Origin: a phage
Length of the DNA stretch: 39,720 nucleotides
Sequence record: PZ618370.1
Direction: 5' to 3' (one strand)
The number at the start of each line of letters is the position of its first letter. Position 1 is the stretch's first letter. Of the stretch, positions 7,297 through 17,304 are shown in pieces. Both the position numbers and the translations under genes were made by a program. The notes under the pieces were generated by a model. The model searched no databases. It was given only the letters and a program-made list of their open reading frames with translations, and was not told where the DNA came from.

Positions 7297-7298
7297 AC

Positions 7299-7586
7299 AT
7301 GAGCATGTTCTCAAGAGCGCATAGCGGCAACCTGAACACTCTTCGTACAGCCATCCACAACTGGCAGACCGAGACGGACTACAATGCAGAGGTCAGCACT
7401 TGGTTTGACCAAGTGATGCACAGGACTTGTATCAAAGCTGTAATAGTCCACGTTCACACACGAGAGGTCCTCATTGAGAAGGACTTCACGGAGTACCCGA
7501 ATATCCACGACGAAGATGTGCAGACCGTAGCGGTTGCCACTTGGTTTAACAAACAGTTCAACGACTACACTGGTCGATTCCTTTAA
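7299..7586 (+). CDS. gp1.2-like protein (host dGTPase inhibitor family by position)
   Basis: 95-aa ORF directly upstream of ligase, SD AGGAG; limited recalled similarity to T7 gp1.2 (SGNL, HDEDV). Confidence 0.55.
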   Translation: MSMFSRAHSGNLNTLRTAIHNWQTETDYNAEVSTWFDQVMHRTCIKAVIVHVHTREVLIEKDFTEYPNIHDEDVQTVAVATWFNKQFNDYTGRFL

Positions 7587-7603
7587 TTCTGGAGACATTA
7601 ACG

Positions 7604-8689
7604 ATGATAACTATTAAAACTAACCCGCACCGCGCTGTAGATTACTCTGAGTCTGGCGTTAAGAAGGCTCTGGAAGCTGCCGGGTCGCTGGAAGCTGAAG
7701 TGAAGTACGATGGTGTCCGGTTGAATCTTCTGGTCTTCCCTACTGGTGAGACTCAATGGTTGAGTCGTGAGTCTAAACCTCTCCCAGCTCTTGAGTGGCT
7801 GTCAGTCCTTACCAACATCGACAACATCGTTGATGACCAGCAAAAAGCTAGCGACTGGCGGTGGTTCCTTAAGCAGGCGGGCTACGAAGGCATGGGCCTG
7901 ATGATTGATGGTGAGGTCATGGTTCCTGCAACCGACTTCAACACTTCCTCAGGTCTAGTCCGTACCATGTGGTCAGACACTAAGAACTACGCTTGGAATG
8001 GCAACCCAGATGCTGACATCGACACCAAGAAGAAGCATAAGGTCCCTTTCCATCTGGCAACCGACCACATCCGCGTGGTTGTCTACGGTATCGTTGACCT
8101 TAACGTCATCAACGACCCGAAAGCCGAAGGTCCTATCCATAGCGTCACACGCCTGAAGGCCGAAGCTATCGTCCCTCTCCTCCAGAAATACTTCCCGGAA
8201 ATCGACTGGGTTCTGTCTGAGTCACACACGGTCTATGACCTTGAGTCGCTCAACTCCCTGTACGAAGAGAAGCGTCTGGAAGGACACGAGGGTCTGGTAG
8301 TCAAGGACCCACTGGGTAAATACAAGCGTGGCAAGAAGTCAGGAATGTGGAAGATGAAGCCTGAGGAGACCATCGACGGGACCGTATGTGGCCTCGTGTG
8401 GGGGACTCCTGGTAAGGCCAACGAAGGCAAGGTCATTGGCTTTGAGGTACTGCTGGAGGACGGCATGGTAGTGAATGCGTGCGGACTGACTGAGGAGCAG
8501 AAGGATGAGTTCACCGCTTCCGTTCTAAACTGGCGTAAGGGGTTATGCTCAAGCACTATTTATGGAAACCCGTTTGCGGGTAATCAGGTGGAAGTCCTAT
8601 TCATGGAGCGCATCCCTGATGGCTCCCTTCGTCATCCCAGCTTCAAGTGCTGGCGTGGAACGGAAGACAATCCAACCGTTAAGAGCTAA
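7604..8689 (+). CDS. 1.3: ATP-dependent DNA ligase
   Basis: 361 aa; IKTNP N-terminus, adenylation-site KYDGVR, EGHEGLVVKDP, KSGMWKMKPE, DGSLRHPSF all match T7 ligase as recalled. Confidence 0.95.
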   Translation: MITIKTNPHRAVDYSESGVKKALEAAGSLEAEVKYDGVRLNLLVFPTGETQWLSRESKPLPALEWLSVLTNIDNIVDDQQKASDWRWFLKQAGYEGMGLMIDGEVMVPATDFNTSSGLVRTMWSDTKNYAWNGNPDADIDTKKKHKVPFHLATDHIRVVVYGIVDLNVINDPKAEGPIHSVTRLKAEAIVPLLQKYFPEIDWVLSESHTVYDLESLNSLYEEKRLEGHEGLVVKDPLGKYKRGKKSGMWKMKPEETIDGTVCGLVWGTPGKANEGKVIGFEVLLEDGMVVNACGLTEEQKDEFTASVLNWRKGLCSSTIYGNPFAGNQVEVLFMERIPDGSLRHPSFKCWRGTEDNPTVKS

Positions 8690-8698
8690 CTAAACGGC

Positions 8699-8731
8699 AA
8701 CCCAGTGGTCTTCGGACTGCTGGGTTTCTTT
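8699..8731 (+). terminator. intrinsic terminator (T7 TE-like) after ligase
   Basis: 12-bp stem AACCCAGTGGTC/GACTGCTGGGTT with UUCG tetraloop, followed by a T-rich tract TCTTTGCGTTTGG. Confidence 0.75.
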
Positions 8732-8753
8732 GCGTTTGGGGATCCAGCCTGAC

Positions 8754-8776
8754 CCTAATTTATCACTATAGGACAA
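8754..8776 (+). promoter_or_regulatory. phage RNAP promoter, divergent (CCTAATTTATCACTATA-GGACA)
   Basis: Two mismatches to consensus at -11/-10; +1 G at 8771. Confidence 0.6.
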
Positions 8777-8804
8777 CCATAACTTCGACCTAAGGAGGCC
8801 GACC

Positions 8805-9065
8805 ATGTTTAAGAACTTAATGTTCAACCGTTATTCCAATACCTTCCACCTGTCCAACAACCCGTTCGCTTGCATTAAGCGTAACGAGAAGCTGGGCTAC
8901 TTCGGGAAGGCCGTTAAGCTGTCACCTACAGTCTACGCTCTTATTACTCCCGGCAAAGCTGAAGAGGCTCGCCAGAAGCGTGAGACCAACGTACCTGTGG
9001 TCTACACTAAGTGGCCTCGAGTTCGTCTGTTCGTTGAGTTCGTGAAGGAGGTGGTCAATGATTAA
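8805..9065 (+). CDS. hypothetical protein (gene 1.6 position, 86 aa)
   Basis: ORF with strong SD AAGGAGG; positional assignment only. Confidence 0.55.
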   Translation: MFKNLMFNRYSNTFHLSNNPFACIKRNEKLGYFGKAVKLSPTVYALITPGKAEEARQKRETNVPVVYTKWPRVRLFVEFVKEVVND

Positions 9066-9507
9066 CCATAAACCAACTGCTGCCCAAGAACTTCTGGAAC
9101 TTAACTTTAACGTAAGAGACGAAGCTAGCTGCGGTAAGGGGATAATCTGCAAGGGACTATCATGTGATCGATGTCCAATGGTAGGTCAGCTGTCAGGTGA
9201 TGGAGAGTACAAGACCCTTCGTGACTTACGGGCCTCTGTGGGAACAGTGGGAACGTGCAGCGAAGACGATGGTGTACGCAAGCCTCCCCACTATCAGGTC
9301 TTTGACGGTGTGGAATCCATTGAGATTATCGCTCGGTCTATGACTGTCAGCGAGTTCCGTGGTTTCTGCATGGGCAACGTCCTGAAGTATCGACTACGAG
9401 CTGGTAAGAAGTCAGAGCTGGCGACTATGGAGAAGGACCTGAACAAAGCAACCTTCTATCAGGAGCTGTTCGACCTACATAAAGGTAAGTGCTATGCTGC
9501 CGAGTGA
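9058..9507 (+). CDS. hypothetical protein (gene 1.7 position; Cys-rich N-terminus CGKGIICKGLSCDRC)
   Basis: ORF with SD GAAGGAGG; C-terminal HY..F.GVE.IEI...F..GN.LKY motif resembles a phage domain of unknown function; not confirmed. Confidence 0.5.
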   Translation: MINHKPTAAQELLELNFNVRDEASCGKGIICKGLSCDRCPMVGQLSGDGEYKTLRDLRASVGTVGTCSEDDGVRKPPHYQVFDGVESIEIIARSMTVSEFRGFCMGNVLKYRLRAGKKSELATMEKDLNKATFYQELFDLHKGKCYAAE

Positions 9508-9585
9508 GTGGTGCCGGGAGATGTACGAGAAGACTCTCAACCCGGACTACATTACGTTATACAACCAATGGAAGGAGCGCGGTTT

Positions 9586-9744
9586 GTGACTGAGGTTGAG
9601 AAGAAATACATCGTGGAGCTTGAGGGTCGAGTTCAGTCCTTCGAGGTTCCGGTGTACGCAAAGTCTCTTGAAGAGGCTACCCTGAAGTCCCAAGAGTATG
9701 AGGACGCTGGGTTTGTGGTCGGACGGATTCGTCCTGAGACCTAA
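9586..9744 (+). CDS. 2: host RNA polymerase inhibitor (T7 gp2-like)
   Basis: [14 protein letters not shown]...[10 protein letters not shown] matches T7 gp2 SFEVPIYAETLDEA...AGFEVTRVRP as recalled. The track ORF starts at GTG 9508 without SD; GTG 9586 follows a perfect AAGGAG (9572-9577). Start uncertain (ATG 9568 also possible). Confidence 0.6.
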   Translation: MTEVEKKYIVELEGRVQSFEVPVYAKSLEEATLKSQEYEDAGFVVGRIRPET

Positions 9745-9762
9745 ACTATCACTGTAGGGCAG
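9740..9762 (+). promoter_or_regulatory. phage RNAP promoter (phi2.5-like)
   Basis: CCTAAACTATCACTGTA-GGGCA; G at -3; +1 G at 9757. Confidence 0.7.
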
Positions 9763-9801
9763 ACGTCCAGTTAGTAACTTTAAATTAGGAGATTTACACC
9801 A

Positions 9802-10500
9802 ATGGCTAAAGAGCAACTGAAGACTTTCACCACTCCGGTAGCTGGTATCGTTGAGCCTTACGCATGGCTAAACAAAGCAGACACCAAGTTTAACGATCGT
9901 GGTGAGCACAAAGTCAACCTGACATTCGACCTGAGCAACCCGAAGGTCCGTAAGATGATTGATGTCTTACAGAAGATTCATGACGATGCGTATGCGAAAG
10001 CACTCGCAGACCACGAGAAGAACCCACCTCAGGTTCAGCGTGGCAAGAAGCCTATTGAACCACGAGAAGGCGACATGCCGTGGATTGAGAATGGTGATGG
10101 TACTGTTACCCTGAAGTTTAAATGCTTTGCGTCTTACCTGAAGGATGGTAAGTCAGAGCCTATCGTATTACGGTTCTACGACACCGATGCTAAGTTAATC
10201 CGTGACGTCCCGAATATTGGTGCTGGCTCCAAACTGAAGGTCAAGTTTAAAGTCCTGCCGTTCAAGTGGAACGCTGCTACTGGTGCAAGCGTTAAGCTGC
10301 AGCTTGAGTCCTGCCTTCTGGTAGAGCTGAAGGAATGGAAAGGTGATGGTGCTGGTGGAGATGGTGGCTGGGGTGATGATGAAGACCTAGGCACTGGATA
10401 CAAAGCGTCAACCGATGGTGACTTCGGTGACGATGACTTCGGTGACGATGGTTCCGAAGGCAGTGACGACTCCAACTCTGGTGGCGATTACGACTTCTAA
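9802..10500 (+). CDS. 2.5: single-stranded DNA-binding protein (gp2.5)
   Basis: 232 aa as in T7 gp2.5; acidic C-terminal tail ending ...GGDYDF (terminal Phe as in T7); preceded by a promoter. Confidence 0.9.
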   Translation: MAKEQLKTFTTPVAGIVEPYAWLNKADTKFNDRGEHKVNLTFDLSNPKVRKMIDVLQKIHDDAYAKALADHEKNPPQVQRGKKPIEPREGDMPWIENGDGTVTLKFKCFASYLKDGKSEPIVLRFYDTDAKLIRDVPNIGAGSKLKVKFKVLPFKWNAATGASVKLQLESCLLVELKEWKGDGAGGDGGWGDDEDLGTGYKASTDGDFGDDDFGDDGSEGSDDSNSGGDYDF

Positions 10501-10952
10501 TGGCCCAATGGTCTGCAAAACGGGGGCACTCTGTGGGTGCCTACCGCTCTGGACTTGAAGCCAAGAACCAGCAGTGGCTGGAACAGAACGGCGTCAAAGC
10601 GGAGTACGAAAGCCATTATATCAACTATGTGATTCCGGCTTCCGACCACAAGTACACACCAGATTTTATCCTTCCTAACGGTATCATCGTGGAGACCAAA
10701 GGTATCTTCGACAGCGATGACCGTAAGAAGCACCTTCTGGTACGAGAACAGCACCCAGAGTTAGACATCCGGTTCGTGTTCTCAAGTTCACGCTCCAAGC
10801 TATACAAAGGGTCCCCGACCACGTATGGCGCATGGTGCGAAAAGAACGGCTTTAAGTTTGCCGATAAGTTCATCCCGGTTGAGTGGCTGCGAGAGGCGAC
10901 TGTACGTCTGCCTTCCGGTATCCTCATCCCCAAGAAAGGAGTTAAGAAATGA
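10500..10952 (+). CDS. 3: endonuclease I (Holliday junction resolvase, gp3)
   Basis: YVIPASDHKYTPDF, GIIVETKG, SDDRKKHLLVREQHPELDIRFVFSSSRSKLYKGSPTTYG, FCEK.G.KFADK match T7 endonuclease I as recalled. Confidence 0.92.
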   Translation: MAQWSAKRGHSVGAYRSGLEAKNQQWLEQNGVKAEYESHYINYVIPASDHKYTPDFILPNGIIVETKGIFDSDDRKKHLLVREQHPELDIRFVFSSSRSKLYKGSPTTYGAWCEKNGFKFADKFIPVEWLREATVRLPSGILIPKKGVKK

Positions 10953-11401
10953 CTCGTAAAGCAATCATTGTCGACCTTACCAATGGCGGCGCTTACACTG
11001 ATAACTTCAAGGAGGGCCAAGAGGTCTTCGTTAAGTTCTGCCGTAAGTCCCTATTCACACGAGATGGGGACCTGTGGCATGTGTCACATGACGGAGTTAA
11101 GTGGAGTGATACAATGTACGGTAAGCGCCTGAAGTTCGTGGACAGCCCTGCAAAACCTGAGGTAATCCCAGCTTCGAGCGTACAGCCTGTGACTGTGAAG
11201 CGTGAAGTCCTTACCATCGACAAGATTGGTGTAGGCCAGACGTTCATCGTCCACGGTAAACCTGAGGAAGTTTACGTTAAGATTAGCAACTCACACGTCT
11301 TCAACCATAAGCGTCTCCAGATGCACACCACGGACGCACAACGCTTCACCCAGCACCTGAATCTGGTGGTCGTAGAATTGGTGGTGTACAATGGTAAGTA
11401 A
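10949..11401 (+). CDS. hypothetical protein inserted between endonuclease I and lysozyme (150 aa)
   Basis: Strong SD AAAGGAG; start overlaps the gene 3 stop and the end overlaps the gene 3.5 start; no T7 counterpart and no recognisable motif. Confidence 0.55.
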   Translation: MTRKAIIVDLTNGGAYTDNFKEGQEVFVKFCRKSLFTRDGDLWHVSHDGVKWSDTMYGKRLKFVDSPAKPEVIPASSVQPVTVKREVLTIDKIGVGQTFIVHGKPEEVYVKISNSHVFNHKRLQMHTTDAQRFTQHLNLVVVELVVYNGK

Positions 11402-11849
11402 GGTACAGTTCAACCCACGGTCCCGGACTGACGCTATCTTCGTTCACTGTTCGGCTACCAAGCCAGAGATGAACATCGGGGTAGAGACCATCCGTATGTG
11501 GCACAAGCAGCAGGGCTGGCTGGACGGAGGCTACCACTTTATCATCAAGCGCGATGGTACTGTGGAAGAGGGTCGCCCGGTCAATGTCGTAGGGTCACAC
11601 GTTAAGGACTGGAACTCCAAGTCCGTAGGCGTCTGCCTTGTAGGTGGAATCAACGCTAAGGGTAAGTTTGAAGCTAACTTCACTCCAGCCCAGATGAACT
11701 CCCTGCGTAACAAGCTGGCTGACCTGAAGGCCCTGTATCCTCAGGCAGAAATCAAAGCACACCATGACGTAGCACCTAAGGCGTGTCCAAGTTTCGACTT
11801 GCAACGCTGGCTGTCTACCAATGAACTGGTCACTTCCGACCATGGATAA
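11391..11849 (+). CDS. 3.5: lysozyme / N-acetylmuramoyl-L-alanine amidase (gp3.5, RNAP inhibitor)
   Basis: KVQF..RS.TDAIFVHCSATKP, GYHFIIKRDGTVEEGR, VGVCLVGGI..KGKF.ANFTPAQM, HH.VAPKACPSFDL.RW, NELVTSD match T7 lysozyme as recalled. Confidence 0.92.
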   Translation: MVSKVQFNPRSRTDAIFVHCSATKPEMNIGVETIRMWHKQQGWLDGGYHFIIKRDGTVEEGRPVNVVGSHVKDWNSKSVGVCLVGGINAKGKFEANFTPAQMNSLRNKLADLKALYPQAEIKAHHDVAPKACPSFDLQRWLSTNELVTSDHG

Positions 11850-11934
11850 GATAGACTTTCTGCTTATCCTTCTGTTATCAGGAGCAATCACCTTCGTAGG
11901 ATGGTGGTTCTTCCCTGAACACTTTGAACTTTAA
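11842..11934 (+). CDS. possible 30-aa hydrophobic peptide
   Basis: ATG overlapping the lysozyme stop; hand-translated MDKIDFLLILLLSGAITFVGWWFFPEHFEL; speculative. Confidence 0.2.
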   Translation: MDKIDFLLILLLSGAITFVGWWFFPEHFEL

Positions 11935-11948
11935 AGGAGAACAACTCA

Positions 11949-12164
11949 GTGATTAAACTTATTGAATTTCTTGGTCGTCTGGTGGTGCGTGGCTATCGTC
12001 GTGCTGCGGTTATGGAACGAAAGGTAGCAGAGAAGGCTGCTGAAGGTGCGGCTGATGCTGCTGCTCTGGCTGACAAGCTGACCATCGAGTCACTGGAAGC
12101 TGGTATGAAGGCACGCCAAGCCGACACCAAAGCTGACCAGTTGGCTCAGTTCTTCAAAGCCTAA
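11949..12164 (+). CDS. hypothetical protein (71 aa, Ala/Lys-rich)
   Basis: GTG start after SD AAGGAGA; stop TAA is part of the following promoter. Confidence 0.45.
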   Translation: MIKLIEFLGRLVVRGYRRAAVMERKVAEKAAEGAADAAALADKLTIESLEAGMKARQADTKADQLAQFFKA

Positions 12165-12182
12165 ACTATCACCTTAGGGATG
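12160..12182 (+). promoter_or_regulatory. phage RNAP promoter, divergent (phi4-like)
   Basis: CCTAAACTATCACCTTA-GGGAT; mismatches at -4/-3; +1 G at 12177. Confidence 0.5.
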
Positions 12183-12229
12183 GGACCATGAGTCCTGTCC
12201 CTTTGTTAGCATTTATGATTAAGGAGTGA

Positions 12230-13933
<1,704 letters not shown>

Positions 13934-13944
13934 GGAGGAATACA

Positions 13945-14109
13945 TTGCTAAGAAAACTTAAAGCTCGCTACCATCGGTTCATGTACAAATGGTGGAGCGA
14001 TGAAGCAGCCTGCCTGTCTAACATTCTGGGAGACCAAAGGTTCGACTCTAAGGCATGGAAGAAAGCTAACCGGAAGTTTATGTATCACTTCTTGCGTACA
14101 GACTTCTAG
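13945..14109 (+). CDS. hypothetical small basic protein (gene 4.3/4.5 position)
   Basis: Track ORF 13912-14109 overlaps the gp4 end; an in-frame TTG at 13945 sits 6 nt after AAGGAGG (13932-13938). Start uncertain. Confidence 0.4.
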   Translation: MLRKLKARYHRFMYKWWSDEAACLSNILGDQRFDSKAWKKANRKFMYHFLRTDF

Positions 14110-14156
14110 GTCTAGACTCAAGGTCATTCACATCGAGTGGCCTTTATGATTAGACT
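14109..14156 (+). promoter_or_regulatory. RNase III-type processing hairpin (R4.7-like) before gene 5
   Basis: TAGACTCAAGGTCATTCACATCGAGTGGCCTTTATGATTAGAC: second copy of the conserved element. Confidence 0.5.
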
Positions 14157-14173
14157 AAAGCGGAGGATTAACC

Positions 14174-16345
14174 ATGTTTGACCTTAAGAGTATCTGGGGT
14201 TCTGACATCGAGACCAACGGTCTCCTTGATACAGTCTCCCAGTTCCACTGTGGGGTCCTGATTAACGCCGAGTCGAATGAGACCCTTAAGTACGGGGTAG
14301 CTCCGATGGTCGGTATCGTCGGTGGCTTCAAAGAGTATGTTCATAAAGTGGAAGAGATTGCCGCATCACCTGATGGTATGCTTGTCTTCCATAACGGTAT
14401 CAACTATGACGTCCCGGCTATAGACAAGCTGAAGCGTCTGTACTTTGGGAAACGTTTTAACTTCCCGAAACACAAGATGATTGATACCTTGGTGCTGGGC
14501 CGCTTGATGTATCCAAACATTAAGTTCTCAGACATAGGCGCGGTGAAAGCTGGTCGTCTGTCACCTAATATGATGGGACGTCAGTCTCTTGAGGCTTGGG
14601 GTTATCGTCTCGGTGAGATGAAAGGTGAGTACAAACACGATTACGTTGCCAAGTGCAAGGCTGAAGGTATCGAATATAAGGCCGGGGACGAATGGCTGTT
14701 CCCGTCTCAGGAGATGCTGGACTATAACGTTCAAGACGTTGTGGTCACACTGGCGTTGTTCAAGAAGTTCCTGACTGACAAGTATTACTTCCAGTCTGAA
14801 CAGTTCGCTTTCGACCAGATTTATGCGTTGCGTCTGGAACATGATGCTGCGTGGACCTGTGCGAAGATGGAACGTAACGGCTATCCGATGAACACCGAGA
14901 TGGTCGAAGGCTTATATCGTGAACTCACCGTCAAACGTGCAGAGCTGCTGGACAAGCTGCGTTCGACTTTCGGTAGCTGGTACGCACCAAAGGGAGGCAA
15001 GGAGTTCTTCAAGCACCCCCGGACAGGCAAGGACCTTCCGAAGTATCCGAGAGTCGTGTATCCTAAGGTAGGGTCAGTATTCAAGAAGCCGAAGAACAAA
15101 GCTCAACGCTTAGGTCTGGAGCCTTGCGAGTTCGACTCACGAGACATGATGGAGGGAGCACCGTTCACACCTATCACTTACGTTGAGTTCAATCCGGGGA
15201 GCGGAGACCACTTAGCGAAAGTCTTGATGGAGCGTGGCTGGGAGCCTGTAGACTTCACTGACACCGGGAAACCTGTAGTCGATGACGAGACGTTAGAACA
15301 CGTTAAGCTACCAGACGCAGAGGCTCAGGCTTGCGTAGAGCTAGTTCGTGAGTATCTGGAAGTCCACAAGCGCATCGGTCAGGCGGATGAAGGTAAGAAC
15401 GCATGGTTGAAACTTGTAGGTACAGACGGACGTATGCACGGTTCAATCAACCCATGCGGGGCAGTAACCGGACGTGCGACTCACAGTTCACCAAACATGG
15501 CTCAGGTCCCTGCTAACGGTGCTCCGTATGGTGAGATTTGCCGTGGAGCTTTCGGTGCAGCTTGGAACAAGACTAACGGTGAGCCAGACCCTTGGATTCA
15601 GGTTGGTGTGGATGCTTCAGGTCTTGAGCTGCGCTGTCTGGGGAACAGAGCGGCTCCGTTTGATGGTGGAGACTATGCGAAGACTGTGGTCGAAGGTGAC
15701 ATCCACTGGGCCAACGCAGTAAACGCTGGGTTAGCACCTAACGTCCCACGCGATAAGTCTAACCATGACCATGATGCTTTCCGTAACAACGCTAAGACGT
15801 TCATCTATGCGTTCCTGTATGGTGCAGGGGCCGCTAAGATTGGACTGATAGTTGGCGGTGGTAAGAAGGAAGGTGCTGCCCTGATGAAGAAATTCATTGA
15901 GGGTACACCAGCTATCAAGGATCTGCGAGAGGCTGTGCAGAACACGCTCATCTCAGAGTCCAAATGGGTAGACGGTGAGAACATAGTGAAGTGGAAACGT
16001 CGATGGCTGAAAGGTCTGGACGGTCGCCGCATTCACATCCGGTCGCCACACTCAGCACTTAACGCTCTACTTCAGGGTGATGGTGCGGTTGTCTGTAAGC
16101 ACTGGATTGTCGAGACCGAGCGTATGCTCGAAGAGGCAGGGTATGTCCACGGCTGGGAAGGAGACTTCGCGTACATGGCTTGGGTTCACGATGAGCTACA
16201 GATTGCGTGTCGTACTCAGGAGATTGCCGAAGAAGTCGTCAAGATTGCTCAACTTGCTATGCGTAAGGTGGGTGAGTTCTATAACTTTAAATGTGTCCTT
16301 GATACCGAAGGTAAGATTGGACCAACGTGGAAGGAGTGTCACTAA
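14174..16345 (+). CDS. 5: DNA polymerase (gp5, family A with 3'-5' exonuclease)
   Basis: 723 aa; VFHNG.NYDVPA, DTLVL.RL, EAWGYRLGEMKGEY, DYNVQDVVVT, RATHS.PN.AQ, DASGLELRCL, NAKTFIY.FLYGAG, YMAWVHDE match T7 gp5 as recalled. Confidence 0.96.
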   Translation: MFDLKSIWGSDIETNGLLDTVSQFHCGVLINAESNETLKYGVAPMVGIVGGFKEYVHKVEEIAASPDGMLVFHNGINYDVPAIDKLKRLYFGKRFNFPKHKMIDTLVLGRLMYPNIKFSDIGAVKAGRLSPNMMGRQSLEAWGYRLGEMKGEYKHDYVAKCKAEGIEYKAGDEWLFPSQEMLDYNVQDVVVTLALFKKFLTDKYYFQSEQFAFDQIYALRLEHDAAWTCAKMERNGYPMNTEMVEGLYRELTVKRAELLDKLRSTFGSWYAPKGGKEFFKHPRTGKDLPKYPRVVYPKVGSVFKKPKNKAQRLGLEPCEFDSRDMMEGAPFTPITYVEFNPGSGDHLAKVLMERGWEPVDFTDTGKPVVDDETLEHVKLPDAEAQACVELVREYLEVHKRIGQADEGKNAWLKLVGTDGRMHGSINPCGAVTGRATHSSPNMAQVPANGAPYGEICRGAFGAAWNKTNGEPDPWIQVGVDASGLELRCLGNRAAPFDGGDYAKTVVEGDIHWANAVNAGLAPNVPRDKSNHDHDAFRNNAKTFIYAFLYGAGAAKIGLIVGGGKKEGAALMKKFIEGTPAIKDLREAVQNTLISESKWVDGENIVKWKRRWLKGLDGRRIHIRSPHSALNALLQGDGAVVCKHWIVETERMLEEAGYVHGWEGDFAYMAWVHDELQIACRTQEIAEEVVKIAQLAMRKVGEFYNFKCVLDTEGKIGPTWKECH

Positions 16346-16533
16346 TGGGCCATTATGACATCGCATACGAAGAGTTCGCTGAAGAAACACGCAGGCGTGA
16401 AGAGCTACGTCAGTCGCGGTGCGAACATCCAGATTGGGTACTTGTCTACTGCACGCAGGATGGCAAGCCAAAAGTAACTCAGTGCAGACTGTGTGGAAAG
16501 ACCAATCACATTGAATCAAAAGGAGAAATCTAA
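16345..16533 (+). CDS. hypothetical Cys-rich small protein (62 aa)
   Basis: ATG overlapping the polymerase stop (TAATG) after SD GGAAGGAG; cysteines spaced C-x11-C-x10-C-x2-C. Track ORF starts at GTG 16327. Confidence 0.5.
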   Translation: MGHYDIAYEEFAEETRRREELRQSRCEHPDWVLVYCTQDGKPKVTQCRLCGKTNHIESKGEI

Positions 16534-16823
16534 TGGCTATGACCAAACGTATGCGAGTTTCGTTCTCGCTGGGTGCTGTGTTGTCAACTGAAAACGCGGA
16601 GAACTTCAAGAAGACTCTCTGCGAGCTGAGCCGTAAGGTCCTCAACGGAGAGAAGACCACTGGTTTTGAGCGTAAGGCGGTAGAGGTTGGTGTGACTGAA
16701 GGCCTGGAAGCTGTAGTCGAACTGGTTTTCAAGAAAGGCATCGTAGATGGGCTGAAAGAAGACCTGAGAAGTTACGCTGACCAGCCGAGCTTTGGTAACT
16801 TCCGGGTGGAGTTCAAGCAATGA
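16533..16823 (+). CDS. 5.5: gp5.5-like protein (H-NS-binding family in T7)
   Basis: 96 aa, MAMTK N-terminus and size/position as T7 gp5.5 (from memory). Confidence 0.65.
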   Translation: MAMTKRMRVSFSLGAVLSTENAENFKKTLCELSRKVLNGEKTTGFERKAVEVGVTEGLEAVVELVFKKGIVDGLKEDLRSYADQPSFGNFRVEFKQ

Positions 16824-17029
16824 GTGAATACATACGGGTCCTAGTGGCCCTTAAGTCCTGCCCGAAGACCTTTCAGTCAAACTATGTGCGCAACAACGCT
16901 GCACTTGTTGCTGAGGCTGCGAGTCGTGGACATCTAAGCTGCCTGTCTATGGATGGGCGTAACAACGGTGCGTGGGAAATTACGTCTGCTGGCACCAAGT
17001 TCCTAAATCAACATGGAGGCTGTCTATGA
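16820..17029 (+). CDS. 5.7: gp5.7-like protein
   Basis: LKSCPKTFQSNYVRNNA.LVAEAASRGH.SCL, GAWEIT..GT.FL match T7 gp5.7 as recalled. Confidence 0.8.
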   Translation: MSEYIRVLVALKSCPKTFQSNYVRNNAALVAEAASRGHLSCLSMDGRNNGAWEITSAGTKFLNQHGGCL

Positions 17030-17304
17030 ATCAAGACGTATCAGGACGCGAACTTAAGGTAGGACAGAAGGTTGCTTTCTGTCTGGCTGGAAAATCCTAC
17101 GCAATGTGTATAGGAGAAGTCGTCAGGGTAATGCCTAAGACGGTATCCATCAAGCATAAGACATTTATTCGCTGGAAAGGAGCTGCCGAGGAAGTCGAGA
17201 CGGTGCGTGCATTCTCTTCAGTGTGTATCGTTGAGGAGCCGAAAGTTTCCTTGATGCCAGCTACAGTCGCTATGGCTACAGGAGGTCTGGACGATGGGTG
17301 CTGA
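17026..17304 (+). CDS. hypothetical protein in the gene 5.9 slot (92 aa, not acidic)
   Basis: ATG 17026 after SD GGAGG, overlaps the 5.7 stop; T7 gp5.9 is a short acidic RecBCD inhibitor, this protein is basic/neutral (KVGQKVAF...GEVVRV). Confidence 0.5.
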   Translation: MNQDVSGRELKVGQKVAFCLAGKSYAMCIGEVVRVMPKTVSIKHKTFIRWKGAAEEVETVRAFSSVCIVEEPKVSLMPATVAMATGGLDDGC

